From Spirochaetales bacterium (lineage in GTDB: Bacteria > Spirochaetota > Spirochaetia > Treponematales > UBA12059): a DNA stretch of 20,000 nt. The translations under genes and the position numbers were made by a program. Under the pieces are notes generated by a model. It was not told where the DNA came from and did no database searches. It saw nothing but the letters and a program-made list of their open reading frames with translations. This document shows, piece by piece, positions 7,440 through 15,822 of this stretch (position 1 is its first letter; each line of letters opens with the position of its first letter). The stretch lies in assembly GCA_016928955.1 (NCBI GenBank), contig JAFGJV010000034.1, positions 54,380 through 74,379 on the forward strand, given 5' to 3'.

Positions 7440-8656
7440 CCGCGCTCGATCTGGTACACGTTCTTGATGACGCTGGTACCCTCGGCGCACAGGGCCGCTA
7501 TGACCATGGCCATGCCCGCGCGCACGTCGGGCGACACCAGATCCGAGCCGCGTAGCCGCGAAGGTCCGGACACCACGGCGCGGTGCGGGTCGCACAGCAC
7601 GATGCGGGCGCCCATGCCTATCAGCTTGTCCACAAAAAACATTCGGGACTCGAACATTTTCTCGTGGATCAGCACGGCGCCTTCTGTCTGCGTGGCCACC
7701 ACGGTCATGATGGACGTGAGGTCGGGCGGAAAGCCCGGCCAGGGAGCGTCGTCGATCTTGGGTATCATGCCACCCAGGTCCGGCACCACCTTCATGGCCT
7801 GCCCGGCATGCACGGTCAGGCGCCTTCCCTCAATGCTCCAGCTGATGCCCAGGCGGCCAAAGGCCAGGCGCATCATCCTGAGATCGTCGGGCTCAATGCC
7901 TTCTATGGCAATCTCTCCGCGCGTGACCGCGGCCAGTCCGATGAAGGATCCCACCTCCATGAAGTCCGGGCCTATGGAGAACTCCGCGCCCGAAAGTTCC
8001 TTGACGCCGTGAACGGTAAGGATGTTGGAGCCTATGCCCTGAATGTCTGCTCCCATGGCGTTGAGAAGGCGGCACAGGTCCTGGACATGGGGCTCGCTGG
8101 CCGCGTTGCGCAGGATGGTCGTGCCTTCGGCAAGGGCCGCGGCCATGAGGGCGTTCTCGGTGGCCGTTACGGAAGCTTCGTCAAGGAAGATATCCGAGCC
8201 CTTGAGCTTGTTTGCCGTAAAGCGGAACGCCCCGTCTATCTCAACGCGGGCGCCCAGCTGCTCGAACGCCAGGAGGTGCGTGTCCAGGCGTCTGCGGCCT
8301 ATCACGTCTCCGCCGGGTGGAGGCAGGGATACCGACCCAAAGCGGGCAAGCAGGGGCCCGGCAAACAGGATGGACGCCCGTACCTTGGCTGACAGGGAGC
8401 CGGGCACGTCCGAACTGGACATGCCCTTGGGGTCTATTTTCCAGGAGTTCTTGTCCAAGCGATCCACGCCCGCACCCAGGGCGCGGCAGATATCCAGCAT
8501 GACAAGGACATCTTCGATCTCAGGGATATTCTTGAGCGTCACCGGGGCGGTAGCCATCAGCGAGGCGGGGATGCACGCCAGGGCGGCGTTTTTGTTGCCG
8601 CTCGCCGTCACCGTGCCGCGGACCGGATGTCCGCCTTCTATTCGATACTGGTACAT
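7376..8656 (-). CDS. murA: UDP-N-acetylglucosamine 1-carboxyvinyltransferase (Asp-type)
   Basis: [52 protein letters not shown] and IERGYE. Probable start MYQYRIEGG at 8656. Confidence 0.96.
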   Translation of the reverse strand: MYQYRIEGGHPVRGTVTASGNKNAALACIPASLMATAPVTLKNIPEIEDVLVMLDICRALGAGVDRLDKNSWKIDPKGMSSSDVPGSLSAKVRASILFAGPLLARFGSVSLPPPGGDVIGRRRLDTHLLAFEQLGARVEIDGAFRFTANKLKGSDIFLDEASVTATENALMAAALAEGTTILRNAASEPHVQDLCRLLNAMGADIQGIGSNILTVHGVKELSGAEFSIGPDFMEVGSFIGLAAVTRGEIAIEGIEPDDLRMMRLAFGRLGISWSIEGRRLTVHAGQAMKVVPDLGGMIPKIDDAPWPGFPPDLTSIMTVVATQTEGAVLIHEKMFESRMFFVDKLIGMGARIVLCDPHRAVVSGPSRLRGSDLVSPDVRAGMAMVIAALCAEGTSVIKNVYQIERGYERISERLALLGARIERIEG

Positions 8657-8662
8657 GGCCGC

Positions 8663-8691
8663 ACTGTAGCCCGGCTTTGTCGATTGGTCAA
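8663..8691 (-). promoter_or_regulatory. sigma70 promoter giving a probable leaderless murA mRNA
   Basis: TTGACC (8691-8686)-N17-TACAGT (8668-8663). ATG at 8656 is 6 nt beyond the -10, and there is no SD sequence. Confidence 0.6.
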
Positions 8692-8810
8692 GAAACGAGG
8701 CAGCGTTCACGACGATTGCGCGCGGTGGCTTTCAGTAAACGCCAGCAGGGTTATCTGGCCATACTCTGTGGCTCGGTGGCTAGCCGTATTTCCGGCTCAT
8801 TCCGGGAGGT

Positions 8811-8839
8811 TTGACCGCGGCAGCGTACCTCGTTACCTT
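8811..8839 (+). promoter_or_regulatory. Candidate sigma70 promoter for fhs
   Basis: TTGACC (8811-8816)-N17-TACCTT (8834-8839), implying a leader of about 170 nt. Confidence 0.5.
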
Positions 8840-8882
8840 TATACGTTTGGGGCCTCTGTGCACCATTCGTAGACGGCCCCTT

Positions 8883-8994
8883 TATGGGAACCTTTAAAAC
8901 CCCAGGGTTATTAGATGTTCCCTGCGTTTTCGTCCGAAAACGCACAGTTTTTTAAGGTAACCCTCTAAAAACTGCAGTTTTAGAGGCTCCCTTA
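8883..8994. repeat. Two related ~40-bp palindromic units (REP/MITE-like) separated by a perfect hairpin
   Basis: TATGGGAACCTTTAAAACCCCAGGGTTATTAGATGTTCCCT (8883-8923) and TAAGGTAACCCTCTAAAAACTGCAGTTTTAGAGGCTCCCTTA (8953-8994) align with each other and are each self-complementary. Confidence 0.55.
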
Positions 8995-9016
8995 TGTTTG
9001 TTCACAGGAGGCCAGA

Positions 9017-10780
<1,764 letters not shown>

Positions 10781-10788
10781 AGCGCTAT

Positions 10789-10825
10789 CCGGCGGCTTCC
10801 GGCGTGTTCCGGGGCCGCCGGTTTT
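10789..10825 (+). terminator. Intrinsic terminator between convergent fhs and mntP
   Basis: CCGGCGGCTTCCGG-CGTGTT-CCGGGGCCGCCGG followed by TTTT. Confidence 0.7.
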
Positions 10826-11400
10826 CAGGCGGAAAGGTGCTCTGCGAGAATTTTGAGGCCGATGCCTATAAGCACGACGCCTCCCGCGATCTCGGCTCCG
10901 CGCTCAAAGCGCGCGCCCAGCCGCTTGCCGCACTCGCAGCCCAGGAGGCAGAGCCCAAAGGTGACGACTCCTATGATGCCGGCGGCCGCCCATATAGGAG
11001 CGCCTATCATGCTGTACCCGACGCCCACGGCCAGCGCGTCTATGCTGGTGGCCACCGCGAGCACGAGGAGGGTTTTCGGGTCCAGGACGTTCTTCCTTCG
11101 CAACTCATCTTCTGTGCAGACGGCCGCGTCCTTGATCTCGAACGATTCGACGATCATCTTGCCGCCCACAAACGCTAAGAGCCCAAATGCCACCCAGTGG
11201 TCCCACGCCCGTATGACGTCTGAGAACGTCGAGCCCAGCGCATAACCGGCCAGCGGCATCAGGAACTGGAACAGGCCGAAGGTAAACGCTGTCCGCGCGG
11301 CATGCCTGAAACGCAGGTCGGCTATGCAAATGCCCGCGGATACCGACACGGCAAAAGCGTCCATTGCCAGCGCAACGCCGGCGACGATGTAGGTGAGCAT
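10825..11400 (-). CDS. mntP: Manganese efflux pump MntP family
   Basis: ALAMDAFAVS, FGLFQFLMPLAG, WDHWVAFGLL, LAVATSIDALAVG and AEIAGGVVLIGIGLKIL. Confidence 0.92.
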   Translation of the reverse strand: MLTYIVAGVALAMDAFAVSVSAGICIADLRFRHAARTAFTFGLFQFLMPLAGYALGSTFSDVIRAWDHWVAFGLLAFVGGKMIVESFEIKDAAVCTEDELRRKNVLDPKTLLVLAVATSIDALAVGVGYSMIGAPIWAAAGIIGVVTFGLCLLGCECGKRLGARFERGAEIAGGVVLIGIGLKILAEHLSA

Positions 11401-11461
11401 GGGTGTTCTCCCTGGCCGTCAAGAATCGCCGCAAGCCCGGGCGCGTGGCGGTGCCTTAGCG

Positions 11462-12424
11462 TCAGCGGGTGCGAACGAGCAGCTTGCTGGTGACTTTCTG
11501 CAACATGTCCCGGGCCGGGCCCGCGGGCAAGGCGGCAATTTCCCCAAGAGCCCGTTCCGTGTAGCGCCGGGCGTGGTCCTGGGCTTTGGCCGGCCCACCG
11601 CTTTCCCGGACCAGCCGCACGATGGACTCGATGGCCTGCCCAGAGAGCGGCCCCCCGCCAAGGAGCGGCCGTATATCGGCGCCGCGGGACTTGAGGGCCA
11701 AAATCAGCGGCAGGGTCGCAAGGCCCTCTCGCAGGTCCTTGGCCACGGGTTTGCCCATGGCGCCCTCCGTTGATTCGTAATCCAGAACGTCGTCCATGAT
11801 CTGGAAGGCCATGCCTATGTCGTACCCTATCCGGGTCAAACGGGCTATGACCGGGCGGGGGGCCTTGGCTTCCTGGGCGCCGGCTCGTAGGGCCAGGCTG
11901 AACAGGGCGGCCGTCTTGCCAGCAATTTTCCGGAGGTAGTTGCGTACGCTCTCAGGCCAGAGGAAATTCTCCAGATCCTGGTGGATTTCCTCCGAGCAAA
12001 TGGACGCGACCAGGGCGGACAGCAGGCGGGCATTGTCCGGGTTTGAGCTTTCCGCGGCCAGCTGGAAACAGCGGGAGAACAGCCAGTCGCCAGCCAGCAC
12101 GGCGTCTTTGGGGCCAAACGCCACGTGCAGGGTGCGCACGCCGCGCCGGGTGTCCGCGCAGTCGATCACGTCGTCATGGATGAGCGTGGCCACATGCAGG
12201 AGTTCCACGGCTGCCGCGAGCGTCTCCACGCTTTTTGCGTTCCGGCCAAAATCGCCGGACAGAAGAAGAAAGGCGGGCCTGAGCATTTTTCCGTTGGCGT
12301 CAAGAAGCGATGCCACGGCCTCAGCCAGGGGAAAGCGGCTGGAGCTCAGGGCGTCCTTCATGATCGACGTGACTCGATCGAGGCGGGACCGCATGCCGGG
12401 TATGTCGTGCCAGAAATCGCTCAT
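11462..12424 (-). CDS. Polyprenyl diphosphate synthase (HepT/IspB-like)
   Basis: GKMLRP, first Asp-rich motif LIHDDVID..RRG, KTAALF, second motif FQIMDDVLD and GKPVAKDLREGLATLP. Confidence 0.92.
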   Translation of the reverse strand: MSDFWHDIPGMRSRLDRVTSIMKDALSSSRFPLAEAVASLLDANGKMLRPAFLLLSGDFGRNAKSVETLAAAVELLHVATLIHDDVIDCADTRRGVRTLHVAFGPKDAVLAGDWLFSRCFQLAAESSNPDNARLLSALVASICSEEIHQDLENFLWPESVRNYLRKIAGKTAALFSLALRAGAQEAKAPRPVIARLTRIGYDIGMAFQIMDDVLDYESTEGAMGKPVAKDLREGLATLPLILALKSRGADIRPLLGGGPLSGQAIESIVRLVRESGGPAKAQDHARRYTERALGEIAALPAGPARDMLQKVTSKLLVRTR

Positions 12425-12471
12425 CGTGCCTCGGGGAAGGGCGTCCGGAATGCGCGGAAGCGCCGGGTTGA

Positions 12472-12549
12472 CCGCCGCGCCCGCGCCGCCTTTTCAGGCT
12501 GCGCGGGCGCGACGGCGGATGCGAGGCGCCCGGGGGCGCTCGCCCCCGG
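12472..12549. other. Intercistronic GC stem-loops between ndh and the prenyl synthase gene
   Basis: CGCGCCCGCGC (12476-12486) pairs with GCGCGGGCGCG (12501-12511). CCGGGGGC-GCTC-GCCCCCGG at 12530-12549. No clear U-tract on the minus strand. Confidence 0.5.
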
Positions 12550-12569
12550 ACACCGTGTTCAGAATAACC

Positions 12570-14597
12570 TTATTTGGTCGGATCGTCAGCGTAGAAATGC
12601 CACTTGCGGGCAAGCCGGGTACCGTTCCACCATTTCTTGAAGAAGGGCACCGACCAGTAATCCATGCCAAAGGCCCGGCCCGCGCCGCCCATCATGAGGA
12701 TGGCGGCAAAGACGAACCACAGCTGGTCCCAGGCGAACATGCCGGACAGCGTGAAAATCACGCACATGGCTATGCTGGCCACCGCGGCGAACCAGGTAAA
12801 GAAACCGCCGAAGAGAGCCAGGCCAATGGCGATCTCCATGACAACGATCATCAGCTGGAAGGCCTGGAAGGGCAGGTGCGCAAAGATCCCGTCCATGAAC
12901 GTGGTGCGGAACCAGGTTGATATGGGCCCGTTGAAATCGAAAATGGGCTTGGACAGATCCCATACCTTGCCAAAGGCCTTGCCGGCCGCGTCAGCGGCTC
13001 CTACGGCCACCTCAGCCACCGCCTCCGCGGCGCCTTCTACCCATTCGCCGGAAGCGGCCGTGACTGCCTCAACGGCAGCCTCCGCAGCCCCGGACGCGGC
13101 GCTCACGGCCTCGGCCGCGGGCTCGGCCCATTCACCTGAGGCTGCCGCCACGGCTTCAACGGTCTCGGCTGCCTTGGCCATGCCCGCCTGGGTCACGCCC
13201 GAGCTGAACATCCAGCCGCTCTTGGTGCCGGAGCCCCAGGCCAGCCAGCCTTCGCCGATCTTGTTGATGCCCTCGAACAGCCACATGAGACCCAGCCACA
13301 TGCGCAGGAGCACCGACCAGTACGCGCGCGTCTTGTGCACCGCGAAGCCGCCTATGATGGAGCGGCGGTTCTGTATGTCCAGGAACTCGTGCTTGGCGTA
13401 TTCCCACACCTGGTTGAAGCCCGCGATGTTGAACAGGTACCACATGTTGATCATGTGCTTCATGACCATGGCAAAGAAGCCGTGGGTCTTCATGCCGCCG
13501 GCGTTGGCCACGCCGTAGCGTCCGCCCAGCGACACCATGAAGCCGTGGAAATTGGACTTGAACTGGTGCCTGTGCTCGGAGCCCTCAATGGCGGCAATGA
13601 TGTTCTTGGCGGCCACCTCGGCCGTCTGGTGAGCGCCTTCCACGATCTGGGGCACGGGCTTGCCGTCCTCCAGGAAGAAGGCGTTGTCGCCCACCACGTA
13701 CACGTGGGGATGGTCAACGCTCTTCATCTCGGCATCCACCTGGATGCGTCCCCTGCCGCGCTCGGCCTTGGTCAGGGACAGGCCGGCGGCAAAGGAGCTG
13801 CCCTTTACGCCGCAGGTCCAGATAAAGGTGTCGGTCTCTATCAGGGTGCCGTCCTTGCACAGAACCTTGCCCGGCTCAGCCCCGGTGATGGACGCGTTGA
13901 GGATGACCTCGCAGCCCAGCTTGGCCAGGTACTTTTCCGCCCGGACGCGCAGGGGCTCCTCGAGGATGGGCAGGATGGACGGCAGGGCCTCTATGTTGAT
14001 GACGCGGGTTTCCTCGCGCGGGATGTGGTGTTTGACGCACATGACATCGCGGTACTCGAGCAGCTCGCCGACCATCTCGATGCCGGTAAAGCCCGCGCCA
14101 GCCACCACAAAGGTGAGCATGCGGCGGCGTTTGGCCTCGTCGGTCTCCTCCGCCGCCTTGGCAAAGGTGTGCTCAAGGTGGTGGCGGATCTTCATGGCGT
14201 CGTCAAAGGACCAGAGCGTGAAGCAGTTTTCCTTGACGCCGGGTATGTTGAAGAATTCCGGTTCGGCGCCGGCGCCCACCACGATGTAGTCGAAGTCGTA
14301 GCTGCGCGCCTTGCCCGTGGCCTTTTTGCCGGCAAAGTCGACCGCCGTGATGTCGTCGACCACGATGTCTATGCGCTTGGCCCCGAATATTTTGCGGAAG
14401 CTGACCTGGACCGATTCGGGATCGGTGCGCCAGCCGGCGACCTCATGCAGCTCGGTCATGAGCGTGTGGTAGGGTTTGCGGTCTACCAGGGTGATCTTGA
14501 CCGAGGGATCCTTGCGAAAACGCTTTTCGAGGATCTTGCCGGCCCATACGCCGCCATAGCCTCCGCCCAGGATCAGGATATTCTTGGTATCGGCCAT
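12570..14597 (-). CDS. ndh: Type II NADH:quinone oxidoreductase fused to a C-terminal DoxX/DoxD-like membrane domain
   Basis: FAD motif LGGGYGG, NADH motif GAGFTGIEMVGEL, VYVVGD and PQIVE. C-terminal LLRMWLGLMWLFEGINKI and EIAIGLALFGGFFT are DoxX-like. RBS AGGAGA precedes ATG 14597. Confidence 0.85.
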   Translation of the reverse strand: MADTKNILILGGGYGGVWAGKILEKRFRKDPSVKITLVDRKPYHTLMTELHEVAGWRTDPESVQVSFRKIFGAKRIDIVVDDITAVDFAGKKATGKARSYDFDYIVVGAGAEPEFFNIPGVKENCFTLWSFDDAMKIRHHLEHTFAKAAEETDEAKRRRMLTFVVAGAGFTGIEMVGELLEYRDVMCVKHHIPREETRVINIEALPSILPILEEPLRVRAEKYLAKLGCEVILNASITGAEPGKVLCKDGTLIETDTFIWTCGVKGSSFAAGLSLTKAERGRGRIQVDAEMKSVDHPHVYVVGDNAFFLEDGKPVPQIVEGAHQTAEVAAKNIIAAIEGSEHRHQFKSNFHGFMVSLGGRYGVANAGGMKTHGFFAMVMKHMINMWYLFNIAGFNQVWEYAKHEFLDIQNRRSIIGGFAVHKTRAYWSVLLRMWLGLMWLFEGINKIGEGWLAWGSGTKSGWMFSSGVTQAGMAKAAETVEAVAAASGEWAEPAAEAVSAASGAAEAAVEAVTAASGEWVEGAAEAVAEVAVGAADAAGKAFGKVWDLSKPIFDFNGPISTWFRTTFMDGIFAHLPFQAFQLMIVVMEIAIGLALFGGFFTWFAAVASIAMCVIFTLSGMFAWDQLWFVFAAILMMGGAGRAFGMDYWSVPFFKKWWNGTRLARKWHFYADDPTK

Positions 14598-14672
14598 ACT
14601 GTCTCCTTGCGCCGAATTGAAGGTTGGGTCGGGCTTGTCCTCAGCCCACGCGACCGCGGAAGTGAAGATTTT

Positions 14673-14743
14673 GGACATTCACATAGTGCTGTGAACGTCC
14701 CGATTCGTCAAGGGCGTTTTCTATATATACGATTATATAGAAA
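14673..14743 (-). promoter_or_regulatory. ndh promoter region with two palindromic operator candidates
   Basis: TTGACG (14711-14706)-N17-CACTAT (14688-14683). Palindrome GGACATTCACA-N6-TGTGAACGTCC (14673-14700) and perfect TTTCTATATA-N6-TATATAGAAA (14718-14743). Confidence 0.55.
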
Positions 14744-14970
14744 CCCCTATATTAGACAGTAACAGACTTTTTAAATTTGCTCAGCATCTTCAGAAATCCG
14801 GGAAAGTACGCTGCCCGGGGCCGCCAGGAAGCGCCCGCAAGCCTGGCGGTTCCCAGTTGCGGCCTTATATAATCGTTCGTTTTTTGTTAGTATGTCCGGC
14901 CAAGATACCGGCCGGCTGCTTGTTTTCGGCTTCTGCCCCGCCGGCGGGTCCTTGTCCTAGGGAGTATGCC

Positions 14971-15621
14971 ATGAATTTTGTCGAGGTTTTCGGGACGACC
15001 GCGTCCGTCGTCATAGCCATATCGCTTACCATGAAGAATCTCAAGCGCCTGCGCGTGCTGAACGCCGTGGGAGCCCTGGGGTTCACGGTATACGGCCTGC
15101 TGATCGGCTCGTTGCCGGTGTGGATACTCAACGGCTTTATCGTGGTCATAGACATCGTGTTTCTCTGGAAGATGTACGCCAGCAAGGACCGCTTTGACGT
15201 CATTGAAAGCGACCCGTACGCGTCGCCCTTCGTGGCGCTGTTCCTTGGCCACCACAAAGACGACATCAAGCGCTATCAGCCTGAATTCTCCCTTGAGCCA
15301 GGCAAGGGCTGGCAGACGGAATTCATCCTGCGGGACCTGAATCCGGTATCCATCGTGATCTACCGGCGGACCGATCCGGCTACCGTTGAAATAGGGCTGG
15401 ACTACGCGGTGCCGAGCTACCGCGATTTCCAGAGCGCCGAGTACTATTTCCGCAAATCCGCCGAGCGCATAGCCGCGGGCAAGGAGCTTACCTTCATCCA
15501 GCGCACGCGCGTGCCCGAGCACCAGCGCTATCTTGAGCGCATAGGCTTCCAGCGGGGCGCTGATGGCCCCGACGGCACGGCTGAGTTCAGGAAAACGGTC
15601 ACGGGCGGCGTACGGGGCTGA
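14971..15621 (+). CDS. YgjV-like inner membrane protein with a soluble C-terminal domain
   Basis: RBS GGGAG. Three N-terminal TMs with SLTMKNLKRLRVLNAVGALGFTVYGLLI..PVWILN, then a soluble domain (IGLDYAVPSYRD, HQRYLERIGF) reminiscent of a GNAT fold. Confidence 0.72.
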   Translation: MNFVEVFGTTASVVIAISLTMKNLKRLRVLNAVGALGFTVYGLLIGSLPVWILNGFIVVIDIVFLWKMYASKDRFDVIESDPYASPFVALFLGHHKDDIKRYQPEFSLEPGKGWQTEFILRDLNPVSIVIYRRTDPATVEIGLDYAVPSYRDFQSAEYYFRKSAERIAAGKELTFIQRTRVPEHQRYLERIGFQRGADGPDGTAEFRKTVTGGVRG

Positions 15622-15633
15622 AGGGCCTTGTCC

Positions 15634-15662
15634 TTCACAACCGGAGCCCGCTCGTGTATTCT
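15634..15662 (+). promoter_or_regulatory. Candidate sigma70 promoter for the helicase-like gene
   Basis: TTCACA (15634-15639)-N17-TATTCT (15657-15662). Confidence 0.45.
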
Positions 15663-15822
15663 ATAGCGGGGTTGTTTCCGCGACGCTGGTTTTCGGCAAC
15701 CGCCACTACCTGAACGCGCGGCGGCCGCTGATCCGGCCGCCTGTACATACGCGGGTCCGGACGCTCCGGCTCCCGCTTCCCGGGCCTGGACCCGGACCAT
15801 CATCGAGCAACAGGTTTGGTCT

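Noticed and set aside
8700..9016. ZTP, THF or glycine riboswitch upstream of fhs
   Set aside because: Conserved cores were not recognisable by eye. Needs an Rfam scan.
11401..11461. yybP-ykoY Mn riboswitch upstream of mntP
   Set aside because: Only 61 bp of intergenic space and no recognisable consensus.
14660..14700. Canonical Rex operator at ndh
   Set aside because: Half-sites have the wrong orientation and spacing for TTGTGAA-N4-TTCACAA. Kept only as an unknown palindrome.
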